A stretch of DNA of 35,111 bases, filler included, from Candidatus Woesearchaeota archaeon (GCA_047603125.1; 2 parts of 2 records of this genome joined end to end with filler, not necessarily neighbours in it); one strand, 5' to 3'; counted from the whole stretch's first letter, positions 9,109 to 17,846 are shown. The notes: generated by a model from the sequence alone, not told the origin. A program made the numbers and translations.

Positions 9109-9363
9109 CTACCCTGTTGGTAACACGCAACAATATGAACCCTGCATATTCGCTTCTATAGAACAAGTCATTGGAACTCCGCTCTCATATCCTTCTAAGC
9201 GACATTCGGCAACAGAATTGGTACAGACCGTATTACAATTACTCACTCCTTCTCGGAAATTTCCAGAACCACTGAGCACAACATAGGATAAAATAACTAA
9301 AACTAATAATGCGACAACCGCCATTACAACAATTGATAAGGAAAGCTCCGCCTTTGTTTTCAT
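9109..9363 (-). CDS. Small pilin-like protein with Cys-rich tip (84 aa)
   Basis: MKTKA/ELSLSIVVMAVVALL; six Cys ending in CC. Confidence 0.85.
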   Translation of the reverse strand: MKTKAELSLSIVVMAVVALLVLVILSYVVLSGSGNFREGVSNCNTVCTNSVAECRLEGYESGVPMTCSIEANMQGSYCCVLPTG

Positions 9364-9366
9364 CCG

Positions 9367-9654
9367 CTAATTTCCACCTAATCCTGGAACACAACAAACT
9401 TGCGTATTATCAACTTGTCCATTTGTTAAACACACATATTGATTTGCAACTCCATGCGTAAACGGTAAACCAGCTTCTTGACAAGAATCTGCACCAACAA
9501 ATTCTACACATGAACCCGCTGCCGGACATCGGTTAATTTGCTCTGTCGCTCCGCCCATCTGATTAAAAATAATAGATGTTAAAATAACAAGCACAAGTAC
9601 AGCAATCACTGCCATCACAATTGTGTTCATAGAAAGATCTCCTTTTTTAAACAT
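9367..9654 (-). CDS. Small pilin-like protein with Cys-rich tip (95 aa)
   Basis: MFKKG/DLSMNTIVMAVIAVL; six Cys ending in CC; GGTGA SD before ATG 9654. Confidence 0.85.
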   Translation of the reverse strand: MFKKGDLSMNTIVMAVIAVLVLVILTSIIFNQMGGATEQINRCPAAGSCVEFVGADSCQEAGLPFTHGVANQYVCLTNGQVDNTQVCCVPGLGGN

Positions 9655-9712
9655 ATATGTCACCTTAGAAAGAAAACTGCAAAATATGCTTTAAAAAGAT
9701 TTCGAAAAACAA

Positions 9713-11653
9713 TCAAGTTTCTTTATAAACTGGCAGATAACACTCCTCAAAAGTCTGACAATCGACAAAGCGTTTTGCCTGTTTTTTAATTTCATCAATA
9801 CTAATAACTGGCTTCTCAAACGACCCTACTTCTTGCATCAAAATCGAGGGTGAGAGCGAATACTGCTTTAAATCATGGAGCACATACATGTTTGAAAGAA
9901 CAAACACTCCGTTTTCTTGACAAATATACTGCTTTTTCTCTAGAGCCTCTAGTATTGTACCAGCATCAAAACCCAAAGAGTAAAAATCTTCTTTTTTTGC
10001 TTGTTTTTTTGTAAAAATCTGCTTAAGAATCGTTAATTCTCGACTACTCAACTGATCTAATTGCGGAAGTTTTGCACTCACATACTCTTGCATGCCAGTA
10101 ATCAATTTTCCCGTTGTTCGGTCAAAAAGTAGCGAACAATCTGCGCATTTGAGCAAGACGCAAGGAATATACAACTTTGTAAAATGTTGGTACATCATCT
10201 TTGCATCCTCATCACTGATGCCTGTTTGAATTACTGGTAATAATGACTTTTTTTCAAAGCTATTAAGTTGTGTCAAAAAATCCTTTGGCTTTTGTACAAG
10301 TTGCACAGAATCCCCGCCGTGTTTAGTCATACGTGGACGTACTTGGACAAAGAGGGGCACATCCACCACTCCCGTAACGAGTGCATGCCCAATAGGTAAA
10401 TTTTGAATTTGATTTTCTGATTCACTCGTTATGCCTTCCACAGATTGTGAGATTGCACGCAAATCATTTGGATTTGTGACTTTTAAAATAATCTGCGTGG
10501 AAACTTGACTCAATACTGATTTATCAACGCGCGCGGGACGTTGACTAACAACACAAAGCCCCATGCCAAACTTTCTTCCCTCACTTGCAATTGTTCGTAA
10601 AACATCTGAACTCACCGATTGGCCAAAATTGCGTTCAGGACAAAAATTATGGGCTTCTTCAATTACACAAAAAAATGGTGCAACTAAATCTTGCTTTCTC
10701 TGCCAAAATAAATCTTTGAGAAGTTTAAACACTAAAACTTGCTGAACATGGGGCGGATATCCTTTCAAATCAATAATCGTTGCTACGCCTGGTCGAATCA
10801 GCTCATTGTATGAGAGCGCATTATGAGAAAAAATTCCATAATCTCGAAGTTGATCAATGAGTTGTATAATCGCCCATTTCGCAGGAGATTCTTCTGATTC
10901 TAAGGCTACTTGCAAAGAATCCAATGTTAACGTATCTAATTGTTTTATAGTCGCATAAATAAGTGATTCTTGTGCAGGCGAGAGTTTCACAGGCAAGAGT
11001 TGTAGTAATTCTTGCGCATCAAATGTATTTGGAACCGTCAGCGCCCTATAGCTTGGATGTGTTTTTATATCGCCAAATAATTGCACATTTTTGTATGCTT
11101 TTGGCTTGAGTCCTAATTTAGCTAATTGTTGTGCTTGTTGCGTATTTTTTTCAAGAAGTGTGTGATACTCGCCATGCGGGTCAATGATGAGAAGTGGAAC
11201 TTGTTGTTCAATTATCTCTTCTAATAATACTCCAACAGAATATGATTTTCCTGCGCCCGATTTTGCTAAAACCGCAATATGCTTTGTTAATAATTTTTGT
11301 AAATCTAAGCGAATTTCAATATCCCGATTTTCCAACGTTCCAAGTAGTGCTCCTTTTTGTGCTTCTAACTTAACTATGGAACTAATCAGCTCATCTTGTG
11401 CACGCAAAACAGAATTCCCAATATGAAACGGATCACGCGGAGTTTTTATCGCTTGATTTTGATCCACATACCCAATAACACGTGATTTTGCCAGAGTCTT
11501 TTGTTCATCTCGAGTCAGTTCAACCACTTGACAAAGTACATATCCATGTTCGGGATGATGAACCTGCACATAGTCAAAAAGCTTTACTTGCTTTTCTACA
11601 AGAAACGTAAACTTCGTCGTAAGTACGCGTCCAACGATTGAACCCAGAATCAT
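9713..11653 (-). CDS. HerA/FtsK-family ATPase (HAS barrel, DUF87-type ATPase, C-terminal wHTH-like extension)
   Basis: HIAVLAKSGAGKS, IIDPHGEY, IEEAHNF, EGRKFG and SQRPA motifs; probable start MILGSIVG. Confidence 0.92.
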   Translation of the reverse strand: MILGSIVGRVLTTKFTFLVEKQVKLFDYVQVHHPEHGYVLCQVVELTRDEQKTLAKSRVIGYVDQNQAIKTPRDPFHIGNSVLRAQDELISSIVKLEAQKGALLGTLENRDIEIRLDLQKLLTKHIAVLAKSGAGKSYSVGVLLEEIIEQQVPLLIIDPHGEYHTLLEKNTQQAQQLAKLGLKPKAYKNVQLFGDIKTHPSYRALTVPNTFDAQELLQLLPVKLSPAQESLIYATIKQLDTLTLDSLQVALESEESPAKWAIIQLIDQLRDYGIFSHNALSYNELIRPGVATIIDLKGYPPHVQQVLVFKLLKDLFWQRKQDLVAPFFCVIEEAHNFCPERNFGQSVSSDVLRTIASEGRKFGMGLCVVSQRPARVDKSVLSQVSTQIILKVTNPNDLRAISQSVEGITSESENQIQNLPIGHALVTGVVDVPLFVQVRPRMTKHGGDSVQLVQKPKDFLTQLNSFEKKSLLPVIQTGISDEDAKMMYQHFTKLYIPCVLLKCADCSLLFDRTTGKLITGMQEYVSAKLPQLDQLSSRELTILKQIFTKKQAKKEDFYSLGFDAGTILEALEKKQYICQENGVFVLSNMYVLHDLKQYSLSPSILMQEVGSFEKPVISIDEIKKQAKRFVDCQTFEECYLPVYKET

Positions 11654-11713
11654 AACTTTGTTCAAAAATCACTGGTTTATATTATTTTCCTAAGCTGAGC
11701 CTGTTACAAACAC

Positions 11714-12010
11714 CTAATCCTCATCATCATCCAGCCCATATGAGTCAATTAAACCAGAAACGACTTGGTAATCGTGTAAATATTTATATCCTTTTTCAGT
11801 GAGCGAGTACGCACGCTTTGTTTCATCCAGTTGCTCCTCAGTAATTAAATCTTTTTCTTTTAAGTCCGCCATATATTGATTCAGTAATTGATATGAGAGA
11901 TTCGCCTTATACAGAACATGCGTGGGCTTAGCGCGAGGTCCTTTTAGCCTTGTTGCTTCAAGAATATCGCGAATAATTTCTAGTTTACTTCTTTTTCGAT
12001 CTTGTGGCAT
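11714..12010 (-). CDS. Archaeal winged-helix transcriptional regulator
   Basis: RSKLEIIRDIL...KPTHVLYKANLS...YSLTEKG pattern. Confidence 0.9.
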   Translation of the reverse strand: MPQDRKRSKLEIIRDILEATRLKGPRAKPTHVLYKANLSYQLLNQYMADLKEKDLITEEQLDETKRAYSLTEKGYKYLHDYQVVSGLIDSYGLDDDED

Positions 12011-12641
12011 GTTCAATAAATGTTCCTATAAGAATAAGGTACCCTATAAGCTCTGCAATATGAGCGACGACATATGCAGTTGTCATGTGTGGAAGGAAAA
12101 ATAAACTCAACCAACCAATAGAAATACACAAAAACGCAATGGTAATTTGCAATGCTTGTTTTGTCTGTTTTTTTTGATAATTGGTAATAAAATGTGAATT
12201 GATGACAATCATGGCAACTGCAACAACTATAGCAAGTGCTAAAATGGTATTAATACTGAGCAGCACTCCAGCTAAAGCAATTGGATACACGAATGCAAAA
12301 ATAGCAAGTCTGGGTGGGCGAAAGACAAGTAAGGATAATGTTAAAATAAATGCTAATATAACTGCAAGATGAAAACTCACTAATAATATTGGAAACGCAC
12401 TCAGTTGGGATAAATTTCCACACAATTGTGTTTTGAAAAATGTATTATACCCAACCAAAATTACATAATGAAGCGTGTTTAACAAAAATGCAATCATGAA
12501 AACTTTCGCTTTTGCAAACCCACTAAATTTGTATGCCTTATATGCAGTGTAAGCTACAATTCCTGAAGCTATCACTAGCAAAACTTCTATAAAAATATGC
12601 AACCCTGTAAACCAGGTTGGACAAAAACAGGAATAAAACAT
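11985..12641 (-). CDS. Polytopic membrane protein with about 7 TM segments (218 aa)
   Basis: About seven hydrophobic segments; overlaps the wHTH gene. Confidence 0.8.
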   Translation of the reverse strand: MFYSCFCPTWFTGLHIFIEVLLVIASGIVAYTAYKAYKFSGFAKAKVFMIAFLLNTLHYVILVGYNTFFKTQLCGNLSQLSAFPILLVSFHLAVILAFILTLSLLVFRPPRLAIFAFVYPIALAGVLLSINTILALAIVVAVAMIVINSHFITNYQKKQTKQALQITIAFLCISIGWLSLFFLPHMTTAYVVAHIAELIGYLILIGTFIEHATRSKKK

Positions 12642-12643
12642 TA

Positions 12644-12895
12644 TTAAATAAGGTTCTCAATGGGAACACGTTTTTTTGGAGCTGGTTTTTCTTCTGATTT
12701 TTGCGATTCAACATTTACTCCTAATTCCGAAAGCGATTTGACATGCATCTGAATCAGTTGTTCTGTTATTTGCACAATGCGAAGCAATTCTTCTCGCTCC
12801 TTTGTGAGTACCGCAACTGAACCCTTATGGTATCCAATTTGCTCATCTTTTGACATATTCTGGTCATTTGTTTCTTGTTTTGGTTGTTCACTCAT
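12644..12895 (-). CDS. Small helical hypothetical protein
   Basis: EQIGYHKGS...KEREEL...MH helical core; abuts the membrane gene. Confidence 0.8.
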   Translation of the reverse strand: MSEQPKQETNDQNMSKDEQIGYHKGSVAVLTKEREELLRIVQITEQLIQMHVKSLSELGVNVESQKSEEKPAPKKRVPIENLI

Positions 12896-12969
12896 AATTA
12901 TCAACTACAGTAAACCGTTCGTTCTTTTTAAATGTTTAGAAAAGCTTGTTATATTCAAAAAAAAGAATT

Positions 12970-13114
12970 CAGACTACTGCACCTTGGCGAAAAATCAGGA
13001 GAAGTGCCGATTGTTTGAAAGCCTCTTTCAAACTTGAGGATGAAAATCCGAAAATATGCAGGTGCTTCGACGCAGAAAAGACAACCGTCGTGAAGTCGCC
13101 GTGCAGTAGTTCTG
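12970..13114 (-). repeat. Dispersed structured repeat, copy 3 (different closing stem)
   Basis: Minus strand TTTTCGGATTTTCATCCTCAAGTTTGAAAGAGGCTTTCAAACAATCG matches about 16099-16146; closed by ACTACTGCAC/GTGCAGTAGT. Confidence 0.8.
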
Positions 13115-13158
13115 TTTCACATATAAAAATTGCTGTTTAAACTAAATTAAAAAAAACC

Positions 13159-13989
13159 TCACACACGCAAAGCTTCTAAACGCTTGATTCTCTTTGCAAT
13201 TGGCGGGTGTGTGGAAAATAAATTCGAAAACCCACCACCAGCAAATGGTTTAACAATAAAAAGCGACGCTGTGGATTCATGCGCTTGCAATGGACGAGCT
13301 TGTACACCCTGTGTTAACTTTTGTAATGCGCTTGCCAGTGCATGCGGATTTTTGGTTAATTTTGCAGCAGTCTGATCTGCCAAATATTCTCGTGAACGTG
13401 AAATCGCAAGCTGAATAACTGTTGCCATCAATGGCGCAACAATAGCAAGCAATAATAAATGCACAATACTTGCATTCTCTCTATTTCCACCCAAAATAAC
13501 TTGCCAGAGAGCCATATTACTTAAAAATGAAACAATACCAGCAATGCCTGCTGCAATAGTTGCAAGCAAAATATCCCGATTTTTTACATGCGCCAACTCA
13601 TGGGCAATAACGCCATCCAACTCATCAGTATCAAGTAAATGTAAAATTCCTTGTGTGAATGCGACTGCGCTGTGATGCGGATTTCTTCCTGTTGCAAATG
13701 CGTTTGGTGTTGCACTGGGAATAATGTAGACTTTTGGCATGGGCAAATGCGCTTTTTTTGCAAGACGTGAAACCTGCTCATACAATTGCGGATGATCATC
13801 TTTTGTGACTTCTCGCGCACCATATGAGCGCAGTACTAATTTATCTGCAAAAAAATATGTCCCCACATTCATCAAAACCACAAAAATCGTCGCTAAGATG
13901 AATCCAGCCGTTCCAAAAAACGAACCGATAACAAGGACAAGTGCTGTTAATGCAGCTAAAAGCATGAATGTTTTGAGTTGGTTTATCAT
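13159..13989 (-). CDS. htpX: Zinc metalloprotease HtpX (M48)
   Basis: PNAFATGR, AHELAH, SRSREYLAD, FSTHPP. Confidence 0.96.
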   Translation of the reverse strand: MINQLKTFMLLAALTALVLVIGSFFGTAGFILATIFVVLMNVGTYFFADKLVLRSYGAREVTKDDHPQLYEQVSRLAKKAHLPMPKVYIIPSATPNAFATGRNPHHSAVAFTQGILHLLDTDELDGVIAHELAHVKNRDILLATIAAGIAGIVSFLSNMALWQVILGGNRENASIVHLLLLAIVAPLMATVIQLAISRSREYLADQTAAKLTKNPHALASALQKLTQGVQARPLQAHESTASLFIVKPFAGGGFSNLFSTHPPIAKRIKRLEALRV

Positions 13990-14040
13990 AGAATTTGGAC
14001 AATAAAAACATATTTATAAGCATTGTGAAAATGTACATAC

Positions 14041-14616
14041 ATGAACCATATTTCTCACTTTTATTTTGCAAAACATCCTTTAACGTCTCCAGAATATATT
14101 ATTGGACTCATTTTGCCCGACTTTATACGAAAAACCTCTGCTCATACGCGTTTTCTCAAAGGAATGACAGAACACGACGCACTCGATAAGCATTTTCATA
14201 ATTGGGACTGGTTTGAGCAGCAAACACTTAAGCTTACACGAACAGGAACACAATTTCCAACAAAGTATACGCTCAGCCATATCGCACTCGAAATTGCAAT
14301 CGACCACTTTCTTGCACATCGTATGCAAACACCTTTTGAACAAATTTATGACAGTTTAAATGATACACACGAACAAAGACATCTTGATAAACAAACAGCA
14401 TCACATCTAAACCAAATCACACAGAGCAATTATTATCACCAGTATCGCGTTCTTCCATCCTGTCAGCAAATATTACAACGAACCTATCATCGCTTCCAGA
14501 AGAGATGGGATTTGGAGTCTGTAAACACCGACAATTTATTTTCACAGAGTCTGCAAATTGTTGAGCCAGAGATTGAGAATATTATTTCGTATTGTGAGCG
14601 ATTTCGTGTAATGTGA
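14041..14616 (+). CDS. AcpH-like / Zn-dependent phospholipase C-like helical metallo-phosphodiesterase
   Basis: MNHISH, GLILPDF, G..EH..D..FH and HIALEIAIDHFL metal-ligand pattern. Confidence 0.65.
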   Translation: MNHISHFYFAKHPLTSPEYIIGLILPDFIRKTSAHTRFLKGMTEHDALDKHFHNWDWFEQQTLKLTRTGTQFPTKYTLSHIALEIAIDHFLAHRMQTPFEQIYDSLNDTHEQRHLDKQTASHLNQITQSNYYHQYRVLPSCQQILQRTYHRFQKRWDLESVNTDNLFSQSLQIVEPEIENIISYCERFRVM

Positions 14617-14700
14617 CAAGTAACCCTATAACCACATTTTACGGAGACCTATTCACCAATTGCTTTATAAATAATGATGAAATAAAGAAATGGTTACAAA

Positions 14701-14823
14701 ATGGAAAAATTAGAAAATTCAAACAAAAATGAACAGACAAAAATTGTTTTAGATAGATTGAAACGATTTAATAGTTTAGTAAAAGGGCATAAAAAGCTTT
14801 TAGAAGCGATTGGTAATTTGTAG
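14701..14823 (+). CDS. Small protein absent from the ORF track (40 aa, MEKLENSNKNEQTKIVLDRLKRFNSLVKGHKKLLEAIGNL)
   Basis: Hand translation; TATA-like TTTATAAATA at about 14664; amphipathic helix. Confidence 0.6.
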   Translation: MEKLENSNKNEQTKIVLDRLKRFNSLVKGHKKLLEAIGNL

Positions 14824-14881
14824 TGGTTTAAGCCAACAATTGCACATGATGGGAATGAGCGCTCAATATTTCTCTAAAAAG

Positions 14882-14960
14882 AAAATGGGCTCGCTGGGAT
14901 TCTTTCGAGTGAAACGAGAAAGTCGAGAAGCTCAAAGCTTCGAAGATGTTCAAATCCCAG
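14882..14960 (-). repeat. Duplicated tRNA-Phe 3' end carrying a palindromic insert
   Basis: AAAATGGGCTCGCTGGGATT at 14882-14901 repeats 14966-14985; GTTCAAATCCCAG (14948-14960) is the inverse of 14978-14990. Confidence 0.8.
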
Positions 14961-14969
14961 GGAAAAAAA

Positions 14970-15043
14970 TGGGCTCGCTGGGATTTGAACCCAGAACAAC
15001 TCGAGCTTCAGTCGAGTGCTCTCCCGGATTGAGCTACGAGCCC
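14970..15043 (-). tRNA. tRNA-Phe (GAA)
   Basis: Cloverleaf: GGGCTCG/CGAGCCC acceptor, CTCGA-CTGAAGC-TCGAG anticodon arm, CTGGG-TTCAAAT-CCCAG T-arm; no intron, no CCA. Confidence 0.97.
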
Positions 15044-15088
15044 TGAAAAACAAAGAAAAAGAAAAAAAGTCTATTTATAAATGTTTAG

Positions 15089-15565
15089 TTACTGAACAAT
15101 AATCTCAGAAACTGCGACATTATCAACAAACACCGTATATGACGATTGTTCAGGTGTCACCACATAAGACATCACTTCGCCAGAATCAATTTGATCATTA
15201 ATATCCAGACCTTCAATTTCTAGCTGAACCTGTTGATCTCCATAGTTAACAACAACAATTTCTGTCTCACTTTGCATATATACGACTCCGTCAACTTGAA
15301 CATCGAGAGGGCTATGTATAGAAATTTCAGCCATTCCTTGACATTCACCATAATATGCAACATCCACATTATTTTGCTCAACCGCTACACATTCATTTGA
15401 GTATGTTTGTCCATCTACGCCACAGACTGGATCCCAATCCGTGCTACAAAAAACTTCGCCATTAACATCAGTTGGCTCTTCGATGACATCATTTTGTACA
15501 TCTTCTTGTGTTGCACAACCAACTAAAAAGGCAGCAAGTAAAAAAATTCCTATATATCGTATCAT
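15089..15565 (-). CDS. Lipoprotein with a Kazal-type serine protease inhibitor domain
   Basis: Lipobox LVGC; CSTDWDPVCGVDGQTYSNEC...YYGEC. Confidence 0.9.
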   Translation of the reverse strand: MIRYIGIFLLAAFLVGCATQEDVQNDVIEEPTDVNGEVFCSTDWDPVCGVDGQTYSNECVAVEQNNVDVAYYGECQGMAEISIHSPLDVQVDGVVYMQSETEIVVVNYGDQQVQLEIEGLDINDQIDSGEVMSYVVTPEQSSYTVFVDNVAVSEIIVQ

Positions 15566-15573
15566 GTTTTCAC

Positions 15574-15903
15574 CTATATAATTTCTTCATCAATTGATTC
15601 ATCAAGTTGTGATTTTTCAGCAGATTCGAGCACTTCTAATTGCCCAAATTTTCCTGCAGAAAGTTGCAATTGATTTTGATATTCACCAACCCATCCTTTT
15701 GTGATTTTTATCTTATCACCAGTTTTGACTTTGTTCACTTCATCATTCCAAAGTGTTAATGTCACTGAACCTGTTTCATCACTTACTGTTGCATTTGCTA
15801 CAGTCAATGCACCGTTTCTCACTTGTCGCGGTTCATCGATGGAATCGACTTTAAGAATTATTTCATCAACAGCCGCTCGTGCTTGTAATTCATTTACTTT
15901 CAT
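15574..15903 (-). CDS. ssb: Single OB-fold ssDNA-binding protein (SSB/RPA-like) with acidic tail
   Basis: DETGSVTLTLWND...GDKIKI..GWVGEYQNQLQL. Confidence 0.9.
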   Translation of the reverse strand: MKVNELQARAAVDEIILKVDSIDEPRQVRNGALTVANATVSDETGSVTLTLWNDEVNKVKTGDKIKITKGWVGEYQNQLQLSAGKFGQLEVLESAEKSQLDESIDEEII

Positions 15904-16033
15904 GGTACTGAGAGGTGAGACGGCTCAATTTAAAAAATTACTGCTCATTTTTCCAGAATATAGTTGAAGACACCACTAAGTGATAATGAGAATTCGCGTA
16001 TTATCACGAATTTTTTAAAAGCAAATAGTTCCA

Positions 16034-16182
16034 AAAAAGAGCACGCAGACTTAGCTCAAGAGTCCCACTTTGAGAATTATACGAAAATTTAGCTGTATCT
16101 TTTCGGATTCTCATCCTCAAGTTTAAAAGAAGCTTTCAAACAATCGCTAAATTTTCTAATTTTGCTGCAAGGTGCTCTTTTT
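16034..16182 (+). repeat. Dispersed structured repeat, copy 4 (longest, all modules)
   Basis: AAAAAGAGCACGCAG...CTGCAAGGTGCTCTTTTT; internal GAAAATTTAGC/GCTAAATTTTC. Confidence 0.85.
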
Positions 16183-16249
16183 CCTTCTTGTTGAAAATTA
16201 CACCAAAATATCCCTAAAGCATTTAAATACAAACTCATTTTCTCTTCTT

Positions 16250-17434
16250 ATGAAACCCTGGGTTACAACATACGCACCAACGGAGAGTTTACAAGTTGTC
16301 GGGCGAGAAAAAGAAATTCAAACCATCAAACATTTTATCGAATCATTTTCCAAACAAAAAAAGAAGGGATTATTGCTCTACGGCCCTTGTGGAAGTGGCA
16401 AAACAAGTCTTGTGTATGCGCTTGCAAACACACTTAATTTTGAAGTATTTGAAGTCAATGCATCAGACACCAGAAACAAAAGCTCACTTCTTGAAATTGT
16501 CCTTCCCGCCACACAAACACAGAGTTTTTTTTACCAAGGAAAAATTATTTTACTCGATGAAATTGATGGACTTTCCGGAAGCGATAGAGGCGGGGCAAGC
16601 GAAGTTGCCAAACTCATCGAACAATCACCAACGCCCATTATTATGACGGCAAATGAACCAGAACTCAAAAAGCTCAAGCCCGTATTAAAAAAATCACAAA
16701 CACTCTTACTTGACAAACTTTCAGCTTCTACGATACGAACTATTTTACAAACAATTTTAGAAAAAGAACAACAGACACTTGACGCTTCCATTTTACAAAA
16801 AATTAGCTTAATGAGCGATGGAGATATACGCGCGGCAATTAATGACACACAAATGGTTGTACAAGATCCTTCATACATTTCTTTATTAGAACAACGCGAT
16901 AAAACGGCAACACTCCAAGATGCACTGATGACTGTTTTTAAAACAAGTGATATGAGAATAGCATCACAAGCACTCAATGAAGTAAATGAGTTTTATGACG
17001 AACAACTCATGTGGTTTGATGAGAATATTCCAAAAGAATACCAAGGAGTTGATTTAGCAAGAGCATATGGAATGCTAAGCAAAGCAGACATATTCTCTTC
17101 GCGTATACGAAAAAATCAACAATGGCGATTTTTGGTATACATTCATGCCCTCCTAAGTGGTATTAGCGTTGCAAAAACAACCCCCTCTCCAAAAAAGCAC
17201 ACCTATGTTCGCCCCTCCAGACCGCTCAAAATTTGGATTTATACTAACTCTGTTGCAAAACGTAAAACAATTGCACAAAAAATTGCCGCACTCACACATT
17301 GCTCACAAAAAAATGCATTTTCACAAGTCCCATTCTATATGCAAAACCTTGCAATGCTTGACGCCCTCGATCTAGATGCTGATGAGCGTGCGTGGGTAGA
17401 AAAGAAAAAAATTAATGAAAAATCTTTAGATTAG
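16250..17434 (+). CDS. rfcL: Replication factor C large subunit
   Basis: PWVTTYAP, GPCGSGKT, EVNASDTR, LDEIDG, GDIRAAIND, W.DENIP; start at ATG 16250 after TATA-like ATTTAAATA. Confidence 0.93.
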   Translation: MKPWVTTYAPTESLQVVGREKEIQTIKHFIESFSKQKKKGLLLYGPCGSGKTSLVYALANTLNFEVFEVNASDTRNKSSLLEIVLPATQTQSFFYQGKIILLDEIDGLSGSDRGGASEVAKLIEQSPTPIIMTANEPELKKLKPVLKKSQTLLLDKLSASTIRTILQTILEKEQQTLDASILQKISLMSDGDIRAAINDTQMVVQDPSYISLLEQRDKTATLQDALMTVFKTSDMRIASQALNEVNEFYDEQLMWFDENIPKEYQGVDLARAYGMLSKADIFSSRIRKNQQWRFLVYIHALLSGISVAKTTPSPKKHTYVRPSRPLKIWIYTNSVAKRKTIAQKIAALTHCSQKNAFSQVPFYMQNLAMLDALDLDADERAWVEKKKINEKSLD

Positions 17435-17436
17435 AC

Positions 17437-17461
17437 TACTCTCAAGGCAAGCCACAGAGTA
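17437..17461. repeat. Imperfect hairpin TACTCT..GGCAAGCC..AGAGTA (REP or IS200/IS605-end-like, or a terminator)
   Basis: Inverted repeat between convergent genes. Confidence 0.4.
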
Positions 17462-17537
17462 TGCGCTTTACAACCAGATTTTTCAAAATTCAAATTTGGC
17501 ACCTGAGTTTAGGAGCATAAAACCCGCCAAACTGGAA

Positions 17538-17777
17538 TTAAATCTTTTTCACACTTTTAATTAAGTGTAAATAGTTTCTGGTTTGTTCGTGTATCGACTC
17601 AAACTCTTTAACTGTCAACTCAATTATTCCTGAAGATTGTGAACCCCGAAAACATAAAGAAATTGTTTCACTTTTTGGATTAAATAAATCTTCACGTATC
17701 AAAACTTCTTTGAGTCGTCCCGACGTTTGAAGCCTGAGCAAACCATCCTTTGTTTCCTTCTTGACTTTGATATTCAT
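17538..17777 (-). CDS. Small hypothetical protein (79 aa)
   Basis: Clean ORF; TATA-like CTATAAAAA upstream; CFRG..SSGIIEL core. Confidence 0.8.
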   Translation of the reverse strand: MNIKVKKETKDGLLRLQTSGRLKEVLIREDLFNPKSETISLCFRGSQSSGIIELTVKEFESIHEQTRNYLHLIKSVKKI

Positions 17778-17846
17778 CTATGTTAAACCTCGCATGTTTT
17801 TATAGCTTTTCATTTTTTGTTTGTATTTTTCCAAATACCTCTCACA

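Noticed and set aside
14810..15046. 78-aa ORF with repeated KKMGSLGF
   Set aside because: Antisense reading of tRNA-Phe and its duplicated 3' end.
16172..16249. GTG-start extension of rfcL
   Set aside because: Begins inside repeat copy 4 and spans the promoter; RFC homology starts at MKPW.
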